From NCBI GenBank assembly GCA_051313645.2, contig JBNRSN020000017.1, forward strand, positions 32,922,001-32,986,000: DNA of 64,000 nucleotides. Reading direction: 5' to 3'. The DNA comes from Centroscyllium fabricii (lineage: Eukaryota). Made by a program: the position numbers and the translations under genes. The notes below the pieces were generated by a model. It was not told the DNA's origin. It saw nothing but the letters and a program-made list of their open reading frames with translations, and did no database searches. Of the stretch, positions 11,779 through 25,679 are shown in pieces (position 1 is the first letter of the stretch; each line of letters begins with the position of its first letter).

Positions 11779-12712
11779 CTGTCCCTTCAGAAGCCAAAAC
11801 CCACATGAATTTTGCTTTGCTCCGCTCAGCCAAAGTCAGTGCAAAGGTAAGGTGCTTTTCTTTAAGCGAGCAACATGAAGTTAGTGATAGCTATAGTTTC
11901 AAAAGAAAGGAAGATTAGTTTATGTAGAAACAGAGTAAAGTCCCAAGCCATAGCTATAGATTCTACAGATGACCTAATTTCCCATGGCCTGTTCATAAAT
12001 TTAGAAATTGAAGAGTCCTTTGGGGACACATGAAAGGCTAATCTGGCATCACAGTCTAATATCTTTAAGTTTGAAGCACTCATCAAAACGAGAGCACAAG
12101 TGAAATAATACAGATGGGATCAGGATTCCACATAAAAAGAATCCTCTTTTCAGCCCTGACAGCACAAAGCCAATTGCTATTACTGTTCTATTTCTATTAC
12201 CTTTCCAGGAATGGAATTCCTGTGCCATAATAGTGGTAATGACCTGATACTGCAACCCAATGGTATTCAAACACTCACTCTTAGCAACTGATACCCATTC
12301 ATAGCAACAAATGCGAACCAAATGTATCAGTAATTTAGCTTCCATTTACAGCCATAAATGACGCAACTTTGCATAATCCAAATGCTTGAAGCTCCAACGT
12401 TAATCGCTACCTTTGCTTTCCCACCATTGTAAAGAGCAGTAACACTGAAGGCAAAAGCTACACAGTCAGAATGTATAACTCTTCCAAAACCTACTGGTCA
12501 AAGGCCTCCTGCATGACCCCAATACCATAATCACAGTACAGTAATGTTGCTCCTACTTAACAGTATCCTGCTTCTCCAGTTCTGGAAGAGGTTTGAGGGT
12601 GTTTTGAACATACTGCATATGAACCCACAAGCAGCATGAGTAAGCAGCAGCTTCTCCAATTATTTCTGAACTTTTATCCTGAAACTTCTCTCATTGCTGG
12701 AGAAACAACGGA

Positions 12713-13153
12713 CAGGTTGAAGACCGTTAATCCGTTACCCGAAAAACCGGCAGCTTCAGTCGTCCGGCATAAATTGCCCCGACTGCCCTGTGCATGCGAG
12801 AAATGGCCGCCGCAATTGATGCTTCGGCGAATGATCTGCGCATGCGCCGCCGGCCGAATGGCGAGCGCATGCGCAGACCATTCAAAACTTCCGGTGGCCG
12901 TTTTGAATGATCTGCGCATGCGCTCGCCATTCGGCGGCGCATGCGCAGACCATTCAAAGCTTCATGGCAGCCATTTTAAATGATCAGCGCATGCGCTCGC
13001 CGTTCGGCGGCACATGTGCAGATCATTCAAAGTTTTGCGGTGGCCATTTTGAATGCTGTGCGCATACGCCGCCGTGGCTTCAATCATTCGGCGTTTTCAA
13101 CATTCCGGTAGGGTGCTGATCCCGACCCTACCAGATTAACAGTGTTCAACCTG
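12713..13153. mobile_element. Tigger/pogo-like MITE with GCGCATGCGC repeats
   Basis: CAGGTTGAAGACCGTTAATC ... GATTAACAGTGTTCAACCTG|TA; related to 40431-40785. Confidence 0.8.
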
Positions 13154-13342
13154 TACCAGTAAATACAAGCAAAACTGCTGTGTTAATGTTAGTGGGGAAA
13201 GAAGCAAAAAGGTTCAACTTAAACAGGCCATGTTTTCCATTTTTTAATCCCCTTTTTCACAAAACTGACCTGCACTATAAAAAAAGGAGAATTAGTATCT
13301 TATCACATCCTCAAGACATCCACATAATTAAACAGATACGAT

Positions 13343-13670
13343 CGCAAAATACTGCGGGTGCTGGAAATCCAAAATAACAACTAAACTCAGCAGGCCAGGC
13401 AACATCCGTGGAGAGAGAAATAGAGTTAACGTTTCGGGTCGAAACCCTTCTACAGAACTGAGAGAAAAGGCAGGAAATGAAACAAAAGGCAGTTTGGGGG
13501 CTGGGAAATGGAAGAGGGGATGAAAGAAGAGACATTAAGAGATATTCAAGGTGAGACGAGATAGAATAGGACAGGTAAAAAAACAAACAATGGCTCTGGA
13601 TGAAGTGTGAAATGCGCTGGCAGAGTGAAAGACAGCTGCCATGTGGAGGAGAGAGAGAAAAAAAAGGAAA
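13343..13670 (-). mobile_element. Penelope-like element 3' region (family 2)
   Basis: AAAATACTGCGGGTGCTGGAAATC...AGAGTTAACGTTTCGGGTCGAAACCCTT; homologous to 62708-63176, which adjoins a GIY-YIG C-terminus. Confidence 0.75.
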
Positions 13671-13994
13671 AGTCACAAACTAAAAGTGCGGATAAATACG
13701 TAATTAAACAGGATGGTTTTTTGGCAGGAGGGGAAACGCCCTACAAGTACAGAGCTGCTTTTGAAAGGAGCTCTGCAATATAATGGGGAACCAGCAATCA
13801 TTCCTACTCCATTGTTAGCAAACAGAAAGTATGCTTTCACAGACCAAGAATTATGCTGCCACATTATTCCCCCTTCCATAATCTACCAGCCCATCAACTA
13901 ATAAACTCTCTCAGTGCTGACAGACACATTTAAATGTCAGCTGCAACTGAGATTTAAACACATGACCAACATATCTATCACTGGAGATGACAAT

Positions 13995-14742
13995 GGCCCA
14001 GAAATTCGGGTCCCCACGAGCTGGGTACTCAGGCATAGGCCCATCCAAAGTGCCGATTTCGTGCATGCAGAGCGCATGCGCGCAAAACCGGCACTTCCGA
14101 TCCCCTGACAGAAGGGTTCAGAGGTCGGAATGCGTGCGCGGGAGCGGCAGCGCGTGCGCACTGCACTTCCGATTATTTTGTAAGATTCTGTGTCCGGGTA
14201 AGTCTGAAAAAGTTACGGCTGATATTTTAATGTGCAAAGCCTGGTTTTAACAAGGTAAGTGGTGAATTAATTCAAATTAAAACAGTTTTTCCACAGGTTT
14301 ATTATTTTTAAATACTTTAAAGAAAGGTAAGTTTATCTTTGGCCCCATCAGAAAAAATAATTAATATTTTCAAAAATTTAAATTATTGTTTAAAATAGTT
14401 ATGTAATGCAATTGATAGTTATTTTTTTTTATGTGATTTTTTTTTTTAATGTATTCGAAGATTTAGTGATGTTTTGGAGTTTGTAGTTTTCATACTTTTG
14501 ACAGGTCTTCCTGTCAAACTTATGAATGGAGCATTCTGTGCTCCGATTGGCTCGCCATGGCCAACGTGATCCCACGCGATCCATCGCACTAACTGTGCCG
14601 CTGGGATACGTGAGCGCGGTGCACCGGCATTTGAAGGAGACCCCGCATCGGAATTCCACGCGGGCCCACAGCTCAACGGTCGGCGCACTAGGTAAGTGCA
14701 GGTTCGCACACGCGGGAAGCCTCCAACCCGAATTTCTGGGCC
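13995..14742 (+). mobile_element. PIF/Harbinger-like MITE (~750 bp)
   Basis: AT|GGCCCAGAAATTCGGG ... CCCGAATTTCTGGGCC|AT; a homologous copy lies in opposite orientation at 42639-43389. Confidence 0.8.
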
Positions 14743-15855
14743 ATTATTTTTTTTAAATATTTTCAGCTATTGCACCATAGAAGTATAAATTAAACATGCA
14801 CATCTGTACATTGGACCTCACGCTCTGTTGGGAACATTTCAAGGTGCCTAGTCAATAAGTTATGCATACTTCAAAAGAGAGAAACAGAATCATATTAGGA
14901 TGTTAATTCTTTTTCCTAATTCCCCCCACCACCGCCCGCCCCCCCACCTCCATCCACCACCACGAGAAAAAGTTTTCCTCGTTGTTCTCTCCCTGCGAGA
15001 AATACTTTTCATTCAAGTGCAACCCAGATTCTTCCCCCAAACCATCCCCGAGTTCCCATAGCTCAAGACAAACAAGTCAGCAAACACCAATTCCCAGCCC
15101 TCAAACAAACCAGGGCACCAGTCACAAACAGCCACAACTGTAGAGATGGTGGCTAAAGCAAACAAGAGGTCACAGGAGATGGAAAACTGCAGCTGCTGTA
15201 GCAGAGAGGAAGATTAGGACAATACACTGAGTACTTAATGTCTCTTGAGACACAAGGTGGGAGGTCAAAAATCATTAACACTCACTCCATGAATTAACAT
15301 AAAGGTCATTGTTACAGTACACTTGCTGATGTAAGCAAAGTGAGGGAATGGGCCCAGTGCCACGTTGAGTGTTTCGAAAAAGTGTTTTTTAACAAGCCTA
15401 AAGTACAGTTGTGGTTACAACACTTCCAACACTGGAAGCTCTTAGTATTTTTTCATAAATGTAATTAATTTAGAAAATCAGCTTCCATAAATACTTCTAA
15501 AAAGGTAGAAAGTTGGTATTTGCCATAACTAGATCTGACTGATGCACTAAATAAAACCTTTGACAAAGTACAAATTTTCACTAAGAAGCTCGCCCTTGTG
15601 CTCGTCAACAAATGCTTCCCAGCAATAATTAAGCCATTTTCTTTGAGAATGAAAATTTGAAATTTTATATATCAAATGTATGTTTCAGCTTTATGCACGT
15701 CTTTACCTTTTTCTTATCCTCAGTTCCTCCCTTCATCCCTCTAAAAACCACTATGCTTCCATCTTTTTCTGACTTATAGCATTTTCTGCGATCACCATGA
15801 ATGATAAACTAACATAAGGCAACAGAAGGCACAGGTACAGCAAGAAGTGACAATA

Positions 15856-16214
15856 CAGGTAGACAATCCTTTATCCGAAACCCTCTCGGATTTCGGATTT
15901 TTTCAGTTTTCGGATTTCCGTGTTGACGGCCCAGTGCGCAGGTGCGGAATGGCGCTCTGCGCATGCGCAGGCGCATTGCCGTGTTGGCGGCCCAGTGCGC
16001 AGGCGCAGAACGGCGCTCTGCGCCATCCTCTGAAATGGAAGCGACGCTCCCAGGAGGCGGTAGGAGATTGTGGGCTCGGGGAGGAATTGTACCCGCGGGT
16101 GGGCTGGAAACCCGATGTAGGCCTCCGGCCCCGATTAGATTTAGATTTGTGCTCCGAAACGTTTTTCGGTTTTCGGAGCTTTTCGGTTTTCGGGAGTTGC
16201 GGATTGTGTACCTG
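15856..16214. mobile_element. Tigger/pogo-like MITE
   Basis: TA|CAGGTAGACAATCC ... GGATTGTGTACCTG|TA; subterminal TTTTCGG repeats. Confidence 0.8.
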
Positions 16215-16607
16215 TATTCGTTTTTCCTCTCTAGAATTGGACTTCCCGCCATTGCATAGAACTTTATCTTGTGGACAAGCCAAGGAACTTGTTCTCGCTG
16301 GCAGCACTTGGACTCGATGGACAGGTAAGCACTGGACTCAAACCTATAGTCATCCAAATACCAGGCAATTGGTGTACTGCCTGCAGTACGCTCCTGCGAA
16401 ATGACTCTTCTGCGCTTATATTTCAAATAGTTGTTCTTCTTTCTGTAAATGCAAAATAGAAGAAACCTTGTAAATATTTCCTTTCCAGTTACATGACGCT
16501 GCCTTGTACAATCACTTCTGTAAAACCAGCCAATGTAAAGTCTAAAGTCACCCATGGTGATAAAGTCACCTAGCTGAGCAGTCCTAGAAATCAAACACCC
16601 AACCATA

Positions 16608-16987
16608 CAGGTTGAGCACCGGTGATCCGGCACCCTCGGGACCAGGCCGGTGCCGGACCACTGAAAATTCCGAACCACTGAAGGTTCGGGTAGAACGCAC
16701 GGGTAGAACACTCCCCGGGGCCCGGAGCACGTGGGTAGAACACTCCCCGGGGCCCGGAGCACGCGGGTAGAACACTCCCCGGGAGAGAGCCCGGGGATAG
16801 AACACTTCCAAGCCTTAAAAAAACAGAAACCCAAACGCCCGATGCCTTCGGCGCTCGCCCACCCTTCGCGGGAAATGGTGGCGCCGCCGAGCGGTTGCTC
16901 CGCAAACCAAAGACCGCCAGTTTCGATTCGTGCCGGACCACTGAAGGTGCCAGACCATCGGGCGCCGGATTACCGGTGCTCAACCTG
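16608..16987. mobile_element. Tigger/pogo-like MITE with internal ~32-bp tandem repeat
   Basis: TA|CAGGTTGAGCACCGGTGATCCGGC ... GCCGGATTACCGGTGCTCAACCTG|TA; GGGTAGAACACTCCCCGGGGCCCGGAGCAC units at ~16687-16807. Confidence 0.88.
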
Positions 16988-17117
16988 TACCATTCAGCTA
17001 CTGGGCCGTCTGAAGTTTAATTTGTTTTTTATTTTAGTTGTGATCCATCCAACATTTCAATCAAATCTTTGAATTGTCAAAAATAACCAATCTCAGCATA
17101 TTTGGAGTAAGTTTTGA

Positions 17118-17365
17118 AAAAGATGTGCGGGTTAGGTTGCTTGGCCATGATAAATTGACCCTTAGTGTTAGGGGGATTGAATATGTGGGGTTACGGGGAT
17201 AGGGTGGGGTATGTGTCGATGCAGGCTCGATAGGGATGTGGGGAGAAGGCAGGGGCGGGGTACTGAGTTTGGATGATCAGCCATGATCTCATTGAATGGC
17301 GGAGCAGGCTCGAAGGGCCGAATGGCCTACTCCTGCTCCTATCTTCTATGTTTCTATGTTTCTAT
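17118..17365 (+). mobile_element. 5'-truncated HE1-like SINE, tail A
   Basis: Starts within the V-domain (AAAGATGTGCGGGTTAGG); ends in (TATGTTTC)n. Confidence 0.88.
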
Positions 17366-17629
17366 ATCACAGTTAAAGAAAAAGGCGCTGAGGCAAAGCT
17401 CCGTACCCAGTCCCAACTATTTCAGAATGAAGTACTAGCATTCGAACTCTGGATAAAAACCACTCATATTGCCTCAAATTTAAATGTGTGCAGGAGTAGC
17501 AGACAGCAGATAAGACTTAAGTACAAGGACAAACTGAAATGCTAGGAACTCTTCTCAAGATTTACACATCGAACAGAATTGATTCCAAGCAGATTGAATG
17601 CATCCGAACTGGAGCAGAACCCAAGCAAG

Positions 17630-18110
17630 GAAGGCAAACAGAGAGGAAATTAACAAGGGGAAGATAGGGGTAAAGCAAAATGGCAGGCAAGGAAATATTT
17701 GACTTTGTCGAGCCTCAATGTGACAAAGGCATGGATGGGAAATAGATAAGGGTGGAGGTGGAGATGTTTTGGAGGTGGAAGAACACAATCTCGTAACAGC
17801 TCAAGTGTGGGAAGAAAGCTGAGTTTAGGGTTAAACAGTACACCAAGGTTCTGTACCTTTGGATTCCGTCTTGGATGACAGTTGGAAAAGTTCATGAATT
17901 CAAGGCCGTAGGCATGTAATTGCTGTCTGGGAGCCAAAGAGGATAATTTTCCAAGAATTAAACTGGAGGTCTTAGTGCCGGTCAAATAGTTGAAGAGTGT
18001 GGCAACGAGATCAATGGGTCAGGCGTAGAGTTAAAGCTGGGTGTCATCAGCATATGGAAGTTGGCTCCAAGCTTCCAGAGGATGTCACAGAGCACGTAAG
18101 TAATGAAGAA
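17630..18110 (-). mobile_element. Degenerate L2-like LINE RT fragment
   Basis: Fragment KVQNLGVLFNPKLSF; TATGCTGATGAC (YADD) on the - strand near 18045-18056. Confidence 0.55.
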
Positions 18111-18885
18111 AGAGCTGGGCAAGTTTGGAGCCTTGCGGTACAACAGAAGTGGCTGAGTGGGCATTAATATTAGCATTAATCTTATATGATGCTTCCACAA
18201 AAAGAGATAAATAAGTGCTATCGAATTAGAATTCAAGCAATAGTACAAGTCCTCCAAAAATCAATGTCAATGGAAAGCTATCTTAATCAAAATTTAGTCT
18301 TGGGACGTAGGTCACTGTTAGACTAAAGTTACCTGTGGTAACAATAACAATCGGTTTGTCCCACTTTCCCTTATAAACCAAGTTAATGTTATAGGTTCTT
18401 AATCTTGAATCAGAATTGAATTAATCTCTTAGTTCGCACATCAATGATTGTGTTTTGAAGTAATCATTAATGGACCAGTTGGTCTTTTCCTGCCTATCAG
18501 TTTTGTATGTTCCTATAACCTTTTCTCACTAGATGATGATTTCAGGGAAGCTACAGGTGTCGACAGCTGAAATACATGGAGAACTAGGATCTCTTTAACT
18601 GTAAAAATACTAATGATTAAACAGAAGAGTTTTCTGCGCAATATAACAAAACTAACTAGGTACAAATCTCAGGACTTTCTGCGTTGCATACAGATGCAAA
18701 TCATTTCTTGAAATCACCAACCAGTGCAAAAAAGAAGCCATTTAAAGAAAATAGAGGCAATTCTGTGTTTATCATACAAGTAAAGTTGGCCTTATAATTC
18801 ATTAGTCCAGGCCACAATGTTGTGAGTGAGTTATATATAGGGCGGGTTCACAAGTGTGAAAAATGCAGCCTTTCCTGGCAAGTAT

Positions 18886-19202
18886 TCATAGAATCAGAGA
18901 ATCATAGAATCCCTACAGTGCAGATAGAGGCCATTTCGGCCTATCGAGCCTGCACCGACACACATCCCACCCTATCCCCGTAACCCCACATATTTAATCC
19001 CCCTAAGACTAAGGGTCAATTTATCATGGCCAATCAACCTAACCCGCACATCTTTGGACTGTGGGAGGAAACCGGAGCACCCGGAGGAAACCCACGCAGA
19101 CACGGGGAGAATGTGCAAACTCCACACAGATAGTTACCCGAGGCCGGATTTGAACCCGGGTCTCTAGTGCTGTGAGGCAACAGTGCTAACCACTATGCCA
19201 CG
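18886..19202 (-). mobile_element. HE1-like SINE, tail B
   Basis: Reverse complement of the tail-B family. Confidence 0.9.
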
Positions 19203-19731
19203 TATGCTGCTTGTACAACTGTGCTGGAGTTTTGGGGAAAAAATGGTGGATTGTATCTGAGTGTAAGTTTTTTTTTAAAAACACAAAGCCCCATGAATTG
19301 TTAACTTCCGACACTTTAGGGGCTGACAATTCCTCAATTGCCTGGGGTCTAGTTTGTAGCCTCGTTTTTTTTTTTTTGCTGAATCAGAATTTGATTAATT
19401 TTGCTATGTTAAAGAAAAGGTTTATTTTTGGATTCAATTGGGGGCTGGTTTGGTGTTTTCTTTCTGGCCTTGCGATAGTTTTTGCACCCCCCCACCAGAT
19501 CTGCAGCAACAGGCAGAAACGACTGCTGCAGAGTTCACATGTGGTGCAATTTGCAGCCCTCAGATGAGACGCTGACTTATTTTTTTTCAGATCCTCAGGA
19601 GGTACAACTGCAGTTTGCAAACATAAATGAAAAAGAGAATACTGGAAACGCACAGCTGGTCAATCAATCAGGGTTTTGCTTTTAATTGACTGGACAGCTG
19701 TGCATTTCCAGCATTTTCTTTTTGTTGCAAT

Positions 19732-20545
19732 AGATAAATGCGCGGCTATCCACTTTTGGTGTCAAAAACAGAAAGGCAGACTATTATCTGAATGGCAATA
19801 GATTGGGAGAAAGGGAAGTGCAACGAGACCTGGGTGTTCTTGTGCACCAGTCGCTGAAGGTAAGCATGCAGGTGCAGCAGGCGGTGAAGAAGGCAAATGG
19901 TATGTTGGCCTTCATAGCGAAAGGGTTTGAGTACAGGAACAAGGATGTCCTGCTGCAGTTGTACAGGGCCTTGGTGAGACCACACCTTGAGTACTGTGTG
20001 CAGTTTTGGTCGCCTTATCTGAGTAAGGATGTTCTTGCCATGGAAGGAGTTCAGCGAAGATTCACAAGGCTGATACCTGGGATGGCAGGAATGACGTATG
20101 AGGAGAGATTGGGTCAATTGGGCTTATACTCGCTGGAGTTTAGAAGAATGAGAGGAGATCTCATCGAAACTTATAAAATTCTTACAGGACTGGACAAACT
20201 AGATGCAGGAAGAATGTTCCCAATGGTCGGAGAGTCCAGAACCAGGGATCATAGTCTAAGGATAAGGGGTAAGCCATTTAGGACAGAGATGAGGAAGAAT
20301 TTCTTCACCCAGAGAGTGGTGAATCTGTTAAATTCTCTGCCACAGAATGTAGTCGAGGCCAAGTCATTAAATATATTCAAGAAGGAGTTAGATATAGTTC
20401 TTAGAGCTAAAGGTATCAAGGGATATGGGGAGAAGACAGGTACGGGGTACTGAGTTTGGATGATCAGCCATGATCTCATCGAAAGGCGGAGAAGACTCGA
20501 AGGGCCGAATGGCCTACTCCTGCTCCTATCTTCTATGTTTCTATA
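19732..20545 (+). mobile_element. CR1 LINE 3' fragment (donor type of SINE tail A)
   Basis: ORF 19803-20453: RDLGVLV...[19 protein letters not shown]...KGIKGYGEK; 3' UTR nearly identical to SINE tail A. Confidence 0.93.
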
Positions 20546-23466
20546 GAACAGCATCGATTTATCGAATTAGGAATATCTGCAGAACAGCACCTCCAAACCG
20601 TTTAATAAGTGCTACCATGAAAGTGGGTCATATTCACTTTCAAAATAATTTTGACTGTGTAAATGAAATTGTATAAAGTAATGATGGCAGCAGCAAAATT
20701 CTGCATTTAGAGGGTCGTACACACCAAATGTAGATGTACTGGAGGCTCAAGTTTTCTTTAAGATGTATTTGATTGGCCGCATAATTACACTACAGTGAAT
20801 AGTAATACTGTATTTGTGCTCATGGGAAAAAGCTGACTTTAAGAGAGTCCCACTGAGCTTATATAACCATGACTGCTACCTCTTCATTCCACGAAACATA
20901 AAGAGTCACATAACTAATTTATTGTTGCTGTGGTGCAATATTCTTTGTAGGTTAACTTATTCAACAAATGTCTTTTGGAACTAATCTATGATATTTAAAA
21001 TTAAAATGCTTACATTTGCAAATATCAAAACAATTGAGGGCTATTTACATATCAACTTGGAAATCACTTGACTCGCACTTGATATCTTTTGTGACACATT
21101 AAACTTTTAAACCCCAGTCATGTAAAAATATAACTATGAAATGCTATCACATTTGAGGAAAAGTAATTAGGTTCCACAGTAATCCAATGTCGATTCAAAA
21201 TAATTCTAATACAAATATACAAAATTGACCAGCTGGTCCATCGCACCATGATGGCTGGAGCATCGTGACTCGGTACTTCCCAATGTTGCCTATAATTTGT
21301 TTGGGGTGCATGGCCCCTTTAAGGGACTGTGCGGACCATTCACAATACAGCGCACGCGTGTTTTTTTCCTATTTAAAAGCCAATGAGCCGGCTACCTGGA
21401 AGCTGCAGAGTGCTGCGCGGCCGCACAGCTTAAAGGGAACATTGCCCCTTACCTCATACCCCGTGGCCATGTAATCTCCTGAGAGAGGGAAAAAAGAGGA
21501 AAAAACCCAGGGACAATAAGAGAAAAAAAAATACTCTGAAAAATTCTTCTCTGACCCCCTCAGGTGACCAAGACCAGTCCAGCAGATCACATGGACCACG
21601 TGTTCTCTATAAAGCCACTTACTTACCTTCTATATGATACACTCTCTGCTTCCAGTCTAATAACAAGCTATAATGTGGATAAATTCCAAGTAATAATATA
21701 TGTAAATTTAAAAGATTCTACTCGAGTTCTAGATTCTATAAAAGTGGATTAGGATAGCATGAGCTGCCAGAACTTGAATGCTATAGGGTTTAGCGACTAC
21801 CTTTGAAGCATCTCTATTTCATGACACCTGAAGCAGAACCATTCAGCTACTCCCACTCCTCAATTAGCATACCCCACTGCAGAAATTCAATCTCCTCATC
21901 TTTGTTGGGCTCCAGTGCTAACCCCTGTGTGCTCAGCTCTTCAAAGTACAGTTCAGATAAAGTTTGTAACACAGAAGGTGCTGCCTACATTTAACTGAGT
22001 TAGGGGATCCAACCCATTCTAACTGTGCAGAAAAACCTGCTCTTTTGACAGTCAGAGACTGACATTGCAATATTTGTCTTTCAGGCTCTCATTATCTAAA
22101 GTCCACTTGTGAGATGCTGAGCCATAAGTAAAACTGGACTTACAGACCATCTCACAGCCTAGACGTCCAATCCACAAGAGATTCTGTGTCAAATGACTGC
22201 AATTCAGAACAAATTCTCTGACAAGGTTGGCAGGCTAAATGGAACAAAATTCACTCCGCTTCTAGTACCACATGCAATAATTAAGAAACATCACTTTCTG
22301 ACTGTGATTTCCACATGGAATTATATTTTCCACAAGTTTTTTGTTTCCATTTTCCTCTTTCTTCAGACAGACATCTTTATGAGTTTGTATGTAATCAGAA
22401 AGCTGCTGCATTGTTTGTAACTCTATTTTGGAAAGGCAAACATCTTTCGGTAATACTTTCAAACTTCATTTTCTCACATACGTAATCAAAAGCTGTCGGA
22501 GCACACATGTTTCCATTTTACAAACACAGTCCGTATTTTAACTGAGTTCAGAATTTTATTTGCAACAGTCAAAATATTCAGGCTTAACAAAAAAAAAATT
22601 ATAAAGTATAATTTGTTAAATGTTCAGAACCAGAAGTGATGGTTGGGTTGGAAACGTTAAATCCTGGAAGCTATTTGAAATATTACAAAGTATGAAATGT
22701 TCAGAATGTTGAGGTAGATTTCCATGTTCGCCGCCGCCCAATTTTCAATCTTTTGATTTCACCGGATGAAAATCAGACGAGTTCTGTAAAAGACACGCAA
22801 TCCCCTCCGCCAGATCGCTGCTTCGGTGGTGAAGACGAATGCCTGCCCCCCGCAGTCTCTACAATGTTTTGGGTGAATGTTGTATTCAGAAGGGGAGCAG
22901 GTCCTCACTGGGGGAGTAGAATATTTTCGATTTTTCACTCCCAGTGAAAGCAGCCATCGCTCCCAGATCTGGCAAAGCATGGGTTAGATTGTTGTAACGT
23001 GGATTCTGCAGTGGCCCAACTGTGTGCCTTAAGTTCAATAGCAAAAGTGCACCTGCTATAATAGTGGGACATTTCCATTTTTCACACCAGGCTGCCTGTG
23101 TCCCAGAGATAACGGCAGTGACATTAACCGCCCGGGCTCAAAAATAATATTTCTAATTCTAATAGTTACTGTTATGAATTAGTCATATAGTCTAAAATAA
23201 TACTACCATTGATATTATAAGATTTTGGAGCATTTATTTGTCTGGTGACAATAGTCTACAAAAGATGCAATGTCAAGCAAATGTAAATAATATAGAAGCA
23301 TTGCTAACCAAAGCTGTTAACATTAAGGAAGCCATGAAAATCACATTTATAATCAGCAACAGTGACACAGATTGCAACCCCCTTTCACCATACAAAGTGT
23401 TTTAAGATGTTATTGTCTTTTAAAATCAAGTAGTAGAGCTGCCATTCCTAAACACTGGCACTTCAC

Positions 23467-23792
23467 TTCAATTCAATTCAATTCAATTCAAGTTGTATTG
23501 TCATTGCAGAGTACTAGTACAACACAACGAGACGAAGACTCGACGCTCCCGAGAGTAGTGCAAATAAATTATATGCAAATTGCATACAGTAAAGTACATT
23601 ATCAGGCGTGCAGGTACCGGAGTTTATTTTTAGAGTTCAGGAGGCTGACAGCCCTGGGGAAGAAGCTGTTCTGAAATCTAGTCGTGCGGGTGCGAATTGA
23701 TCTGTAGCGTCTCCCGGAGGGCAGGGGGGCGAACAGACTGTGGCTGGGGTGTGTGGGGTCTTCAATAATGTTCAGAGACCTCCGTAAGCACT
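23467..23792 (-). mobile_element. Rex1/Babar LINE 3' fragment
   Basis: DPTHPSHSLFAPLPSGRRYRS; (TTGAA)n tail. Confidence 0.88.
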
Positions 23793-25179
23793 TGCTAGTC
23801 TGCTGTACCTTCAACACCAACACATTCACTCCCTGGCCTCATGGCTTTGCTTATTAATCGTTAATTGACTGACGTGTCAATAATGGGGCTGAACCTACAT
23901 TAAGTACGCATTAATATCCTAAACAGTGGAAGCCTAGAAAACATGCATTATTGAGAAGGCTTATTTTTCTTCGAACTCCTTTTATCTTTCTCGTGTCTGT
24001 TTTATTGTTCCGGCCTTTTGCTCCATCAAGGATTCCCACCTTGTGCACCCCACCCTCACACGGGGCTGGGCTGCAAACGGCGCATGCGCAACCTCACCTC
24101 TTGCCCTCTTCCACCTCCCAGAATAAGTTGCCCAGAAAATAAAGCAACCCTGACCAAACGATACAACATATCACAGATCACCAGGCGGCAGGCAGACACA
24201 TCCCATTCCGTCACTCTCCTGCTGCTGCTCCTAATAATTGAATCTGTTCTTTCACATAGACCCATTCTTTCAATGACCAACCGAAGTCCTTGCTATTTCA
24301 CTTTCTTTTCGACTTGGTTATTCCTTTTTTTTGGCGGAGTTTCTGGTCTATTTCGAAACATGCCGGCGTGACTGATTACTGAAATGCAACCCAAACATGA
24401 TAGCGCTCTGAAAAAATCTTGACAGATTGCATCGAATCAGTTGTGAAAACACTTTTCAAATGCACTATTTTTTCGGCTGGCTCAGGACGCTTGCGAGCCG
24501 AGTTCGGCCCGTAGCGAGGGAAGGTTGCTGCTACCTTGGGAGGAAGAGATGGGCCAGCTAATGGTCTCTGGCACTTCTCAGTTTGTGCGGAGCGGGAAAA
24601 GGTTGCCAGTGTTTTCATTAGATTTGCTCAAACAAAAAGAAATAGATCTGAGTGTTGGAGCTAAACCTCACGACGTGCACAGTTGCAGACTGACCCGAAA
24701 TTTACCAGCGGTGCTGTGCATGTTTGCCTCTGCTGGGTTTTTATTGTGATTCACTTATAAGTTTCTAACTTTCTTCACAGATTATTTTCAGGATACCTCT
24801 CGTGCCTTCAACAGAAGTCAAATGAAACAACGGGCATCAAAGTAAAGTGAATTGATGTCATTGTCAGGGAAGTCTCATCTTGCCCCTGGTGTGCGCCCTC
24901 TGCTTATTCAAGGGTTGTCGCGGGCTTCCAGATTGTTCGCGCCTTTTGCTGTGGGGCCACCGACCGACACTTTCCACAAAGTATTTCTCGATAAATTCAA
25001 GACAAAAAACCAGCCATAAAACGGCGAACGAGCAGCATTCACACATCCAGTGTGCAATTCGGCCAATGCTGAAATCAAACAAAAAATTGGGCTATTCTCT
25101 GCACAAACACGTGGAAGATGAAAACGCAACACGTTGTCAAATAAACTCCCACGTGTTTGGGAGAATTGTTGTTTTAAAT

Positions 25180-25679
25180 GCAAGAAGTCACACAACACCA
25201 GATTATAGTCCAACAGTTTTATTTTAAATCACAAGCTTTCGGAGCGTTCGCCCCTTCGTCAGGTAGAAACAGAGACTGACCTAAAGAAAACACATATTGT
25301 TTTAAATGGTGTGGGCTTTGAACCAGAAGGTTGACCTGACTGATCCGTCTTAGTCTTGTAACGAAAATCCTTTTTTTTTAAATCATTCTGTGTGTTTTCA
25401 CAGACACAAGACTGCAACATTTGACCCTTTGTGACTATACCTCATTGATCTCAGACTGATGCCTGATTAATATGTTAAAATATGTTGAAACACCTTTGTC
25501 TGCTCTGTGTGTCTGTGCTGAGGTGTGATGTGGGAGAGATGAGATTGCTCTCTCCCTGGTATATATGTGCTGTCTTCAAATTAACCTCTCTTTCACCTGA
25601 GGAAGGAGCAGCGCTCCGAAAGCTTGTGATTTCAAATAAAACTGTTGGACTATAACCTGGTGTTGTGTGACTTCTTACA
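25180..25679 (+). mobile_element. Penelope-like element (family 1) 3' end with an inverted partial copy
   Basis: 25360-25679 matches 59535-59836; 25180-25265 is an inverted copy of the terminal ~85 bp, an arrangement typical of Penelope insertions. Confidence 0.8.

Noticed and set aside
15809-16834. 341-aa ORF on the - strand
   Set aside because: Runs across two unrelated MITEs and their spacer; no recognisable domain.
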